Positions 1 to 10,249 of a stretch of 64,000 bases of DNA are shown here, in pieces (the first letter of the stretch is position 1; each line of letters opens with the position of its first letter). This DNA comes from an uncultured Armatimonadia bacterium. GTDB lineage: Bacteria; Armatimonadota; Zipacnadia; CAVVLO01. A program made the position numbers and the translations under genes. The notes under the pieces were generated by a model. It was not told where the DNA came from. It was given only the letters and a program-made list of their open reading frames with translations, and ran no database searches. The stretch spans positions 1,440,001-1,504,000 of the forward strand of contig CAVVLO010000002.1 of NCBI GenBank assembly GCA_963749155.1, given 5' to 3'.

Positions 1-721
1 AGAGGACGCCAGCGGTAGCCCTGTCGCCTTGTCCACGGTGATGGCCAGATAGGTGCTGCCCTTGCCCGGCCTCGAACACCCAGACCGGCCTGCCGTTATA
101 GACTTCCTCCGAGACGCGCTTGTCGGGCAGCACTTCGTAAGTCTCGGCCAGGCTCTTGGGGGTCACGCCTGCGCCCATCAGGCCCGCAAGGCCCATCAGC
201 CCAGACACATCGCTGTAACTTTTACCTTGATAATCAAGGGCCCAGGTCTTGCCCGTGCGTTCATCGTAGAGGGTAGAACCCTCGCCCCCGGGGCTGTCGA
301 CTCGCAGCAGAGGCCCTTTGCACACCACGTGAAATTTGCCTATCCCCGCCAGAGTCACCCACAGCTCGAACTCGGTGGGCATCCGCAGCACATCGCCCAG
401 GGTGGGCATCTGGGGGCCAGGCGGTGGGGCCGGTGGATTGGTGGCTTCGAATTCACTCGGGGGATTTTCACTGGAGGCGGGCGGTGCAGGGTTGGCCGCA
501 AAAGGGCTTGGCCCCTGGTTGCCAGGTTCCAGGTCCTGGCCTTGCGCCCAGTTGGGCGTGTTTCCTGGGCCAGACTCGGGCACAGGCGCGCTGGCCTTGC
601 CGAGTACAAAGGCAGCAAATACCGCAGCGCCAAGTAGCACGACGAAGGCTAGTATCAGCAACGCGAGTGGAGCTTTGGAACGTTGTTCTCCCGGTGGGGG
701 AGCCTTCTCCACTTCTCTCAC
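1..721 (-). CDS. Membrane-anchored LolA/DUF4412-like protein, 3' partial (runs off window), apparent frameshift near 64
   Basis: Not in the ORF track. Manual translation gives a TM segment (ALLILAFVVLLGAAVFAAFVL), a Pro-rich linker, then EEVYNGRPVWVFE and, after a 1-nt shift, GSTYLAITVDKATGLPL. These are the same motifs as in the 766, 3004 and 3815 proteins. The start (GTG at 721 or 712) is uncertain. Confidence 0.6.
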   Translation of the reverse strand, partial: MREVEKAPPPGEQRSKAPLALLILAFVVLLGAAVFAAFVLGKASAPVPESGPGNTPNWAQGQDLEPGNQGPSPFAANPAPPASSENPPSEFEATNPPAPPPGPQMPTLGDVLRMPTEFELWVTLAGIGKFHVVCKGPLLRVDSPGGEGSTLYDERTGKTWALDYQGKSYSDVSGLMGLAGLMGAGVTPKSLAETYEVLPDKRVSEEVYNGRPVWVFEAGQGQHLSGHHRGQGDRATAGVL

Positions 722-728
722 CTGCCGC

Positions 729-751
729 AAAGAGGGGGCCGAAGCCCCCTC
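729..751 (-). terminator. Intrinsic terminator
   Basis: On the - strand GAGGGGGC-TTCG-GCCCCCTC-TTT (8-bp stem, cUUCGg loop), just after the stop at 766. Confidence 0.75.
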
Positions 752-765
752 CTCGCACCAAAGGC

Positions 766-1527
766 CTAGTTGGGCATAAACTCCTGAAGCTGCTTCATCT
801 GCTCCGGCGTCATCTTGCTCATATCGGTCATATCTACCTTCATTACTTTGAATCCAGCCGGCGCTTCGAAATCCGAATCCGGTACGGAGTTTACATCAGA
901 GACCTTCCAGGTAACGACCTCGGCGTTGTCGCCGCCGGTCATCTCGGTCTTGAGGGGAAGCCCCCATTCCTGGTCGATCCAGCTCTTGGACAGGTTCTTG
1001 CCTTCGCCATCGGCATACTCGATGTACCATACCTTGCGCCCATCAAGCTCGGTCTCGCTGAACTTGGCGTTGGGATCTTTGGCCAGAATACCCTCGATCT
1101 CTTCGGAAGGATCAATTGTCTGGGTTTCGGAGTCGCCGGTCTTCATCTCGAGAGCGGCCTTCTTGTCCACATCCACCATCAACATAAGGCTTCCCGCCAT
1201 GTCGATGACCTGATATTTACCGGGTTTGGTGAGGTCTTCGATACGGATCTTGTCGCCCTTCATTGACATTTTCATAGTGCCGCCGCCCTCAGCGCGCTCG
1301 GTTATGATCTCGGCGCGCCAGCTCTTCAGCTCTTTGGCTTTGGCTGACATCTGCGCGGCAAGGGCTGCGAAATCACCTGGAGCTGCTACGGGCGCCGGGG
1401 GCTTGATGTTCTCCGCGCCAGCGGGAACTTCCGGCGGGCCTTCGGTCTTCTTGGGCGAGCAGCCAACCAGCAGGCTCACCACCAGGGCAATCACTACCAA
1501 CAGCACGACCAGCTTGGTAACTTTCAT
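766..1527 (-). CDS. Lipoprotein, LolA/DUF4412-like fold
   Basis: GGAGGGG SD before MKVTKLVV, lipobox LLVGC, motifs ETELDGRKVWYIE, SWIDQEWGLPLKTE and NSVPDSDFEAPAGF. Confidence 0.8.
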   Translation of the reverse strand: MKVTKLVVLLVVIALVVSLLVGCSPKKTEGPPEVPAGAENIKPPAPVAAPGDFAALAAQMSAKAKELKSWRAEIITERAEGGGTMKMSMKGDKIRIEDLTKPGKYQVIDMAGSLMLMVDVDKKAALEMKTGDSETQTIDPSEEIEGILAKDPNAKFSETELDGRKVWYIEYADGEGKNLSKSWIDQEWGLPLKTEMTGGDNAEVVTWKVSDVNSVPDSDFEAPAGFKVMKVDMTDMSKMTPEQMKQLQEFMPN

Positions 1528-1649
1528 GCTTCCCCCTCCTGGAGACGGCTTTGCCGCCCATATATGCACATCCTAACCATTGTACCTGTCCTTTCGATAA
1601 AAAGGCAGTAGCTGATATCAGGGGAGGAGGACAAATTAGCAGCCCAGCT

Positions 1650-2892
1650 TCAACTGTCAGGCCCTCTGGCCAGGGCTGACCAGGCTTCTCCAGTTGGAGA
1701 GCTGATGCCCTGGTAGAGGTTCGAGGCTACAGTCCGGTTGACTAGCGGGACGATTTGCGCAGGCAGAAGGCCTGAAGTTTGAGGTGAATAGTCCAGATAG
1801 CCGAAGAAATAAGTTGACCAGAAAGGCGAGAGATACTCGAAACCTTCACTTCGGCCAAGCAAAGCAAGCGCCTGGAGAAACTTCGCGTCCAGCGGCGCCC
1901 AGAAGGAGAAGGCGTCGCGCGCAAAAGCAGTGGCGTCAGTTGCGCCATTGATGCCTTCGGCGCCCTCTGTCTTGTAGCACCAGGCCTCACCCACCACGAT
2001 GCCCTTGCCATATTGGCGGGCAAGCCGGGCGGATTCCATCGCGCGCGCGAACTGGTCGTCCCTCAAAAAATAGAAATGCAGGTTGAGGAAGTCCACCCCC
2101 GCATCGCGCAGAAACCCCTCAGCCAGCTCTCTCCACTGGGGATGCCAGGTTCCAAAGCCAGCCCCCACTTTCATATTTGGCAGGCCTAGTGACTTAAGCG
2201 CAACAACGAAACGGCCAACCATCGGTATCTGCACCGCGGGTTCGTCCACCGGCAGGCCGGTGACCGTCTGCATCGTGTCAGATTCCTCCGCAACGGTGAA
2301 CCAGTCAGGCTGCAAGGCTTCGGCGATGAGCTTGAACATCCCGGTGCGCCTTGCCTCGAAGGTGGCTAGATCGAGCGTATGGTAGTAATCCTCTACCGGC
2401 AGGGACGAATAAGCCTTATTGGTGAAGACCTGGGAGCTTTCGACAATTACCTTTAGCCCGTACTGGCGAGCCACGGCGACTCTTGCCTTGTAGAAGGCCA
2501 GCAGCTTGTCTACCGTGTCGGCCGGCTGGCCCATATATTCGTAATAGGCCGGGTCGAGAAGAGGGAAATTTACATCGAAGGTGACCCCTTTCAAGCCCAG
2601 CTCGGAGAAGCGCTGCAGCATCAGGTCGGCGGTGGTGGCGGTACTCGGTATGAGCAGTCTGAGGCCCATATTGGCATTGGCGGGCAGCAGCGAAGTGGCG
2701 AAGACTGGCTCCGCAAGGACTGGTTTGCCGGCGGAAGCTGTCAGGATAGCGGTCAAGGGTGGCTTCGAGGCCAGTGTAGAGAGCCTGATACTCGGCTGGC
2801 ACAGTCGGACTGGTTGCCAGGGCATCGGCGTTGCAACCGGCGGTCGCCAGCGCGCAAGTGACAAGGGCCAGGAGTGAAATCCACCGGATCAT
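1650..2892 (-). CDS. Lipoprotein with putative clan GH-A TIM-barrel glycoside hydrolase domain (frameshift near 2745)
   Basis: Signal peptide and lipobox MIRWISLLALVTCALATAGC (in the 2416..2964 ORF) join the 1650..2864 ORF. Motifs DWFTVAEESD, DFLNLHFY and IVVGEAW. Confidence 0.6.
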
Positions 2893-3003
2893 CAGGCTAC
2901 CACTTCCTCTCAAAAGCGGAGGGCTGACACCAAACCACGCCCCCCAGGTTGCTCTAGGACGCACGGGAAGGGTGAAGGGTTCACCGAGGCGGCTCTGAGA
3001 AGT

Positions 3004-3792
3004 CTACTTTGTGACCCCCAGCGCCTGGAGAGTCCTCTCGACAGCCACCGGATTGGTCGGGTCGCCTCGCTTCGCTTCGACCTGCTTGAAATCGGCAGGC
3101 GGGCGCGCCTCGCTTTCGGGCACATTGTTGACGTCGCTGTAGGTCGCTGAGGTGACCAGCAGGTGGCTTTCCATATCTGTTTCCGTTTGGAGCGGCAGTC
3201 CGGTCGACTTGTCATACCACCACGTCTGTCTGGAGTGGGGCTCGGTCACCAGGACGGCCTTGTAGGCCGGCTGACCGTCCAGTTTTGCTTCAGTCAGCTT
3301 GGGCGGGACTGGGTATAAGGTCCGGCTGCTAGCCTCGGGCAAGGTTCCCCACGGGGGCGATGGAGAGGTGTGCAACCTGTAAGTGGTCTTCGTCGTGAGG
3401 TCGGCGAGGTACCTTTCGGAGCTGCCCGAGTCGAGGCGGTGATAGTAATGCCTGAAGTTGGGCTCATCGTCGCTCCACCAACTAGCCCAGGCGCCAGACT
3501 TGACACTATGCTGGAGTGGGCTCTTTACTCCGTTACGTACCTCAGAGGTGGTCTTGCGCAGGCTCTTGACGGTGTCTCCCTTGGCTCGCAACTCGTCCCA
3601 GAGCTTGCGGTCATCCTCGTCGCCCCAGATCAGGCCTTCTCCAAGAGGAACTGGATTGGTCGCCCGAGGCAAGGGCGGGTAAGGTGGCATCGGGGCCTCG
3701 GACTGGGTCTGGCTCGGTTGACAGCCTGCGAGCAGGCAACCTGACAGCAACCCTGCGATCAGGGCGCTGAAGCAAAACAGGATGCGTCTCAT
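3004..3792 (-). CDS. Lipoprotein, LolA/DUF4412-like fold
   Basis: Lipobox LLAGC, motifs EAKLDGQPAYK, WWYDKSTGLPLQTE and YSDVNNVPESEARPP. GGAGG SD. Confidence 0.75.
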   Translation of the reverse strand: MRRILFCFSALIAGLLSGCLLAGCQPSQTQSEAPMPPYPPLPRATNPVPLGEGLIWGDEDDRKLWDELRAKGDTVKSLRKTTSEVRNGVKSPLQHSVKSGAWASWWSDDEPNFRHYYHRLDSGSSERYLADLTTKTTYRLHTSPSPPWGTLPEASSRTLYPVPPKLTEAKLDGQPAYKAVLVTEPHSRQTWWYDKSTGLPLQTETDMESHLLVTSATYSDVNNVPESEARPPADFKQVEAKRGDPTNPVAVERTLQALGVTK

Positions 3793-3814
3793 ACAGGGCC
3801 TCCCTGGCCAGGGG

Positions 3815-4798
3815 CTACATACCCCCTCCCATCAGTGCTTGCAGTTCCTTTTCTAGCTCAGGGGGTATCTTCCCCTGAGCGTCCGGCTTGATCTCCTTGA
3901 TCGTATAGCTGGTGGGCAGTTTCGCTTCGCTCTCGGGCACCGCGTTAAGGCCGCTGTAGGTGAACTTGGTGGTCACAGTCTGGTCGCCCATTGTCTGCTC
4001 TTGCTTGATGGGCAGGCCCTTCGCCTTGTCCATCCAGAGGGTGATCTTGAATCCCTCGCCCATCGTGAGCGTCGCCTTGTAGACCGACTGGCCACCGAGG
4101 ATGGCCTCGGTGATCTTGGGGGGCGTGGGCAACATATCGAGCATTGAGCTGCTCTCCTTCGACTTTAGCAACTCGCTGGTTTCGGGCGGCAGGACCATCT
4201 TGTAGGCGACCTTCTTGGCGTCGTTGGCCAGGTAGATAGAACCCTCGTCGGTGTTCACATACTGCTTTGCCCCCGGGGTGGCGCTGTTTTCCACTTTGGT
4301 CCAGGCGCCAGAGGTCACCGCTTTTGAGGTTATTGTCTTGCCTGGGCCCATCGTCATCGTCGTCGTGGTGCGTATACTCTTTACAGACTTCTGCTTCGCC
4401 AGGAGGGTCTCCAGCAACTTCTTGTCGGCCTCATCGCCCCCAGATATTTTGGGCTTGGACGCGGCGGTGTTGCCGGGCGCGGGCTTCACAACCGTATTAC
4501 CAGGCGCAAGGGGAGCAGGTTTTACACTGGGCAACGCCTGCAGATCACCTGGCAGTTTTGGCTCCGCGTTGGTCGGCTGGGGCGCCGGGCCGGCGTTGTT
4601 CGGCGCGGGTGGCTGCTCAGGCGACAGTTTGGAGTCGTCTCCAGGTGCTGGCGAGCTCGCGTCAGGTTGGGACTGCGCGACCGCCTCAGCAGGCGGGGCA
4701 GCTTCTTCGTTCAGGGCCTGCTTGCTGGAGCAGCCGGCAAGCAGCGAGAGAGACAGAGCAAGTGCCAGGAGCGTGAGCCAGTGTAAGGCGCGTTTCAT
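3815..4798 (-). CDS. Lipoprotein, LolA/DUF4412-like fold with Pro/Ala-rich linker
   Basis: Lipobox LLAGC, motifs EAILGGQSVYK, LWMDKAKGLPIKQE and YSGLNAVPESEAKLP. AAGGAGG SD. Confidence 0.8.
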   Translation of the reverse strand: MKRALHWLTLLALALSLSLLAGCSSKQALNEEAAPPAEAVAQSQPDASSPAPGDDSKLSPEQPPAPNNAGPAPQPTNAEPKLPGDLQALPSVKPAPLAPGNTVVKPAPGNTAASKPKISGGDEADKKLLETLLAKQKSVKSIRTTTTMTMGPGKTITSKAVTSGAWTKVENSATPGAKQYVNTDEGSIYLANDAKKVAYKMVLPPETSELLKSKESSSMLDMLPTPPKITEAILGGQSVYKATLTMGEGFKITLWMDKAKGLPIKQEQTMGDQTVTTKFTYSGLNAVPESEAKLPTSYTIKEIKPDAQGKIPPELEKELQALMGGGM

Positions 4799-4816
4799 TA
4801 GGCCCTCCTTGGAATA

Positions 4817-7326
4817 TCAGCCTCGATTGTCCCAATCCACTTGCAACCGCCCGAGGGGGTCACTCACTCGCTGGCGGTAAGTCAGCATCACCTGACGGGT
4901 CGTATTGGGCGCCAGATCGAACCAGTTGTCCGACAGCCTGACCACCGGCTCATCGGGCAAGAAACGCACCTGACGGGCTAGTGCCGCTCCAGCGCTTACG
5001 GTCAGCTTCACTTGCTGAGGTCGGTCGCTGACAAGCTCGGCCTCGAAACTGACCTCGGCAGGCGGGAAGGACAGCTCTTTATGCTGGCGACTGAACCAGA
5101 AGCGCTCGGTTAGCAGCGCGCCATCCTCCTCCATCAACCTGGCCCAGAGCAACTCGTCAGGTGCGAAATCGGCGGTCTCGTACCTGGCAATAAGCTGAGC
5201 CGAATCAGGCGCTACTTCGATATGCTTTACCTCGCGAGAACGCGGCGCTCCTCCAAAGGTAAGGCGTTCTACCTCCAGGGTCAGATTCAAAGGAAGCTGC
5301 CGGTCGTTCACAATCCAGGCGGTGACACTGCCGTCCGGCTCGTCCTGGAAGCTGCAGATGACCGGCTGATTGGCCCGCTTCACATAATAATAGCCCGGTT
5401 TCACCGCGCGGTCGAATTGCAATATCGAGTTGCAGATGCACGGCCAGGTGTCGGCGAGCTTCCAGTAGAGGTACCCTCCGCACAGCCACTTGCGCCGGCG
5501 GAAATGCTCCAGCGCGTATTGCTGGAAGGTCGCCTGGGCCAGTTGCTGCAGCGAGACGAACTCTTCCAGAGTGTCGGCGGCGCCGAATTCGTCCAGTGTC
5601 GCCCACAGCTTGCCGGTAACATCAATTGAGCAATCCTCGAGATCGCCCCCGTGGAAGCGCCAGACGTCGTTCTCGATGGGCCAGAGGGCCTCTTTCGGGA
5701 TGAACTGTTCTGAGCAGGTCGAGGTTGGGGACGCCATACCGGCCGAACTCGGTCAGGAAGCGACCTGTCTCCTCATTGAAGCTACGGTGAGAGGCCTTGC
5801 CATGCCAGCAGTCCCAGTTGTGGATATTGCCCGACAGGCGCGAGTAAGGATGCTCGTTGTTGCGGCTCATCGGGCTGCTGGGCAGGTAATAACGGGTGGG
5901 ATCGAGTTCGTCGCACAAGCGCTTTGTCAGTTCGTGGGAGATAAGGTTGTGCTTCCAGGTGTCGGTGCCAAAGGCGCCCCAGAAGCACATATCTATCTCG
6001 TTGTCGCCGCACCATAGCGCAATCGAGGGGTGGTTGCGCAGCAGGCGGAAGAGTTCGCGTTCTTCTTTCTCGACCAGCGCCATAAACTCCGCGTCGTCCT
6101 GGGGATAAAGGCCACAGGCGTAGAAGAGGTCATGCCAGAGCATAATCCCAAGCTCATCGCAGGTCTCGTAGAAGGCGTCGTGTTCGCGCAGGCCGCCGCC
6201 CCAGACGCGCAGCATATCAGCGTTGAGGGCCAGCATATGCTCCAGTGCCCAGCGATAGTCCTCGCGGTCGAGGCGCGAGGGGATGGCTTCCAGTGGCTGC
6301 CAGTCGAAGCCTTTCACGAAGTGAGTTTGTCCGTTGATGGTGAAAATGAAGGACGTGCCGCCGTCCTCCTGAGGTTCCTCCAACACGGCGATCTCGCGCA
6401 CCCCCACGCGAAGGCGGCGGGAGTCCGTCACCTGGCTTCCTTCTTTTACGCGCGCCTCGAGGTTGTAGAGATGGGGTTCGCCTTTCGTGTGGGGCCACCA
6501 CAGTCTGGGACTTGCCAGATCGAAAGTGAGCACCTCCGACAGGCGGTCGGCTGCGCCAAGCCTTACTGGGACGCTGACTTGGGCGATAAAGTCTTCACAA
6601 GAGAGTTCGCACTGGACATCGGCCTCGAGGGAGCGCGGCGCGGGGTTGAAGACCGTGACCTCGACCTCGACACTTGCCTGGTTCAGGCTCTGGACCCGGG
6701 TTGTGACGTGGACATCTTCGATGCGCGGGCCGGAATGGGCCTCAATCCAGACTGGCCTGAAGGGGCCGGCGGTGATTACGCGGGGCACATTGTCCCAGCC
6801 GAAGCTCATCGCCGATTTGCGCACCCAGTTGCGGTATTTGAGGGAGAAGCCCTGGACTACCGAGAGGTCTTTGCCGTGTTCATCCACCCAGAGAGCGGGC
6901 GGCCGGAAGCGGATCAGCAGCTCGTTTCGCTCCCCATAGCGCGCCTCATGGGTGATGTCGAACTCCCAGGGGATGAACTGGTCATGGGCCTCCCCAAGCA
7001 GTGTGCCATTGAGATAGACCTCGGCGATGGTGTCCAGGCCTTCGCAGTGCAAAATCAGCCAGCTTCCAGCCAACTCACCAGGCGCCTCGAAAAAGGTGCG
7101 ATACCAGAAATCGCGCTGTTCCATCCAGTAGCTCTCGCGAAACTGCATCCCGATGATAGGGATCGGAGATGCGTCCCGCTTTCAGATAGACGTCATGGAC
7201 CTCACTGGGGGCTGTACAGGGCACTGAATCAGCCCAGAAAGCCTCTGAGAAAGCCTTTTCAGGGGCGACATCGGGCGCACAGTCGGTAAGTTGCCAGTCC
7301 TGGCACAAGGAGATTCGAGAACTCAT
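4817..7326 (-). CDS. GH2 beta-mannosidase-like glycoside hydrolase (frameshifts near 7155 and 5712)
   Basis: Motifs EGLDT, RKSAMSFGWD, MLRVWGGG, LRNHPSIALWCGDNE, TEFG and YWKLADTWP, spread over three frames. N-terminus MSSRISLCQDWQL. Confidence 0.85.
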
Positions 7327-7426
7327 TGGGGCCTCCAAAAGTCGTTCGCAGTCACCTGGGTGTATGGCAGGTATATTCGGCCTGGCAAGGGGGCTTCCTT
7401 TCGCTTCAGAGAGGGAAACAAGGTCC

Positions 7427-7642
7427 TTTTGCACAGTTTTCCACAGGCAAAAAGGCCTTCTGTGGATAACTTGGCAGAGCCTGGGGAAGGGCACATCCGT
7501 TCGCAGGCACAGAAGCCCAATATACCGTGCGAAGGGCGTGGTGACGCCATTCAGGAGACTCAGTCGGCCTCGGGAGCCAGAGTGAGGTGTTACGAGTCGA
7601 GGACGCCTGGGAAGGCCTTCAGAGGCCAAAGGCTGTGGACAA
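7427..7642. promoter_or_regulatory. Cluster of DnaA-box-like 9-mers
   Basis: TTTTGCACA 7427-7435, TTTTCCACA 7437-7445, TGTGGATAA 7461-7469 (perfect TTATCCACA on the - strand) and TGTGGACAA 7634-7642, all in a 500-bp intergenic gap. Confidence 0.55.
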
Positions 7643-7759
7643 CTGCTTCCTGGAATTAACAGAACGTAAACAATTGCCTGTGCGAGGCCTTTTTCGGGCA
7701 AACAGGGCGCAACAGCCTCTGAGGAGAGGGCCTTCTGAAGGGTGCTCCGAGGCTCGCCA

Positions 7760-7779
7760 GGAGGGCGAAATCGCCCTCC
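7760..7779. terminator. GC-rich hairpin, possible terminator
   Basis: GGAGGGCG-AAAT-CGCCCTCC, 50 bp past the Cof stop. No clear U-tract. Confidence 0.35.
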
Positions 7780-7829
7780 ATCCGGCTGATCGTGTTACTT
7801 ATATCCTTCGAAACAAGGCTGCTTGCCGG

Positions 7830-8642
7830 CTAGTCCATCAGATACTGTTCGATGGCTTCGGCGACGGCGCCTTCATCATTGCTTGCGACGAGGGCATCGG
7901 CTTGCTGGAGCACTGTCTCGCGTGAATTGGCCGGCGCCAGGGTGAAGCCGCACAGGCGGAACATCGGCAGGTCGTTGTAGTTGTCGCCCATGCAGGCGCA
8001 TTCCTCGAAGGGGACGCCGTAATGCCTGGCGACCTCGGAGAGGGCTTCTCCCTTGGACACCAGCGGATGCATAAACTCGACGTATTCAGGCTCCGAGATG
8101 GTGATATACATCTCGCCGCCCCACAGGCCGGAGAACTCCTGATAACGCTGTTTGATTTCTTCGGGATTACCTAGTATGAGGATCTTCTCCGGCTCTCTGC
8201 CATCGAATATATGCAGGTCTGGCGCTGCCTGCATCGGGCTGCTGGTGCGCCGGACGTAAAGCTGCGAGAGGGGCGCGGTCGGGTCGGGATTGAAAAGCTC
8301 GCCCTCGATATAGTAATTGGCAAGCCAGCCGCGTTCACAGATGACATCCACGACTTTCTGGGCTTTTTCGGCGGGCAGCGGGCGCCTGTAGAAGATATCG
8401 CCAGCCTCGTCCATTATGAGAGCGCCGTTGCAGGCGATGAGCGGGCCCCGGAAACCAAGCTGATCGTAATAGCTCTTGATGGCAGCGGCCATCCGGCCCG
8501 AGTTCAGCACCACGATGCCGCCTTCTTCCTTGTAGCGACGCAGGGCGCTTATGTTGGGTTCTACCAGGTCACTTTTGGAATCGAGCAGCGTGCCGTCCAT
8601 ATCTATTGCGAACAATTTGTATTTGAGGCCCAAGCAAATCAA
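7830..8642 (-). CDS. Cof-type HAD-IIB family hydrolase
   Basis: Motifs AIDMDGTLL, NSGR, VSKG and GDNYNDLPMF. Confidence 0.92.
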   Translation of the reverse strand: MICLGLKYKLFAIDMDGTLLDSKSDLVEPNISALRRYKEEGGIVVLNSGRMAAAIKSYYDQLGFRGPLIACNGALIMDEAGDIFYRRPLPAEKAQKVVDVICERGWLANYYIEGELFNPDPTAPLSQLYVRRTSSPMQAAPDLHIFDGREPEKILILGNPEEIKQRYQEFSGLWGGEMYITISEPEYVEFMHPLVSKGEALSEVARHYGVPFEECACMGDNYNDLPMFRLCGFTLAPANSRETVLQQADALVASNDEGAVAEAIEQYLMD

Positions 8643-9548
8643 CTCCGGTCTTTCATCAGTGAGAGCGCTCTTTGGGCGGTCTCGGCGTGCAATTCTACTG
8701 TCGTATCAAGCTGGGGGCTGTAGCCGCCCCCAAGCACCAGCGCGACCCCTGCGCCAAACTGGCGCGCCAGTTCGAAAACCAGCTTGTCGCGCTCGGCCAG
8801 GCCCTGGCGCGTGACGTGAAGGCCGCCAAGCTCATCCTCTTCGAACACGTCAACGCCCGCCACATAAAGCAGCAGGTCAGGCTCGAAGCGCGCCGCGAGC
8901 TGATGCAGACCGCTGGCCAGGGCATCAAGATACTCGGAATCCCCCGCCCAACTCGGCAGGCCGATATCCAGGTCGCTTGCGGGCTTCTCCTTCGGATAAT
9001 TGCGCTCTTCATGCAGGCTGAAGGTGAAGCAGCTCGGCTCGCTTGCGAGCAGGCTGGCCGTCCCGTTGCCCTGATGCAGGTCAGAGTCTACGACTGCCAC
9101 GCGCGACGCATAACCATACAACAGAGCGGCCCGGGCCGCAACTGCCACATCGTTAAGCACGCAGAAGCCTTCTCCCCGGTCCGCGAAGGCGTGGTGGAAG
9201 CCGCCCGACAGGTTGAAGCCGACTCCGTTGCGGCTTGCGAGCTCGCAGGCCTGGATGGTGCCACCAGTCGCAAGTCGCTGGGCGCGCAGCACCTCTCGGT
9301 TGATGGGGGTGTCGGGCGCAAGTCTGGCGCCTGGCTCCTCGGCGAGGCGCTCAAGCCGGGCAAGGTATTCTGGCGTATGGACCAGCAGCAGTTCGGCTTC
9401 TGTAGCGAGTCGGGCGGGCAGGAATTCGGCTTCAGTAAGCAAGGCCTGATTCGAGCAGGCGCTCTTTAAGCAACACGTATTTCGAAGAACGGAAGATATG
9501 CCGGCCCATATCGGCCTGGTAGTCATCGGAGTAGACGGCGAATTCCAC
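8639..9548 (-). CDS. Histone deacetylase family protein (frameshift near 9445)
   Basis: Motifs GGFHHA, GFCVLND, DSDLHQGNGT, GVDVFEEDELG and GGGY. The N-terminus VEFAVYSDDYQADMGRHIF is in the adjacent frame. Confidence 0.88.
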
Positions 9549-9561
9549 GCGCTCGGGCTCC

Positions 9562-10218
9562 CTAGAGCAGCGACCTGGCCTCGTGCATACGCTCGGGGTC
9601 CAGCTCGGTGTCGGCAATGAAGCCGCAGATGGAATTGATGGCCAGCAGTTCGTCCAGCTTTTCGGCGAGTTCGGGGCTTTTGCCGATGGCTTGCTTCAGC
9701 CAGGCGGCGAGGATGAAGGTGAAGCGCTCCACCGTGGGCATACTGATGCTGGTGAGGTCGGCCGTCTGGGCAGCTTCGGCTTGCCCGGTCAGCACTCGGC
9801 AGAGGTTAAGCCGGTGGCCATCCATATGCGCGGACCGTCCAAACAGGCGGCACAAAGATGGTCTGGCTTCGTAAACCGAGCAACCTGTCTCGGTGACGAA
9901 GGGGCAAGCCTGCACCAGGCCCGGCGTGATGACCGCGCCGCGCTCATCAATATCACTGGCCTCGAGGGGAGAGGTTGCTACCTGGGCTTTGGCCTGGGCG
10001 ACGAATTCTGCCACCTGCTCAGGGGTGAAATGCTCTCGCACCCAACTGGCGAGCTGCTCGAACTCAAGCCGCGTAATCAGGAAGATACTGGTGTTGCAAC
10101 AGAGGGTGCAGCCAGCCGGACAGCGGAGGAAAGGATATTTGACCTCCAGCTCGTCGATGTTGCGGTCCAGGTAGTCGTAGAAACGCTCCAGGACGTCAGT
10201 AAGGGCAGGTTCCATCAT
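9562..10218 (-). CDS. YkgJ family cysteine-cluster (Fe-S/Zn-binding) protein
   Basis: Motifs CPAGCTLCC, CPF and CSVYEARPSLCR. Confidence 0.88.
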   Translation of the reverse strand: MMEPALTDVLERFYDYLDRNIDELEVKYPFLRCPAGCTLCCNTSIFLITRLEFEQLASWVREHFTPEQVAEFVAQAKAQVATSPLEASDIDERGAVITPGLVQACPFVTETGCSVYEARPSLCRLFGRSAHMDGHRLNLCRVLTGQAEAAQTADLTSISMPTVERFTFILAAWLKQAIGKSPELAEKLDELLAINSICGFIADTELDPERMHEARSLL

Positions 10219-10249
10219 CAGGTTAGGTTGGCCGCGCGCTTTGGGAGGA

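Noticed and set aside
6030..7289. 419-aa + strand ORF and many similar long antisense ORFs (e.g. 11888..12760, 23094..23996, 54148..54987)
   Set aside because: They lie opposite well-supported genes, carry no motifs, and are expected at this GC content.
7695..7720. c-di-GMP-I-like GGGCAAAC...GGCGCAAC
   Set aside because: There is no GNRA-capped stem between the motifs and the spacing is too short.
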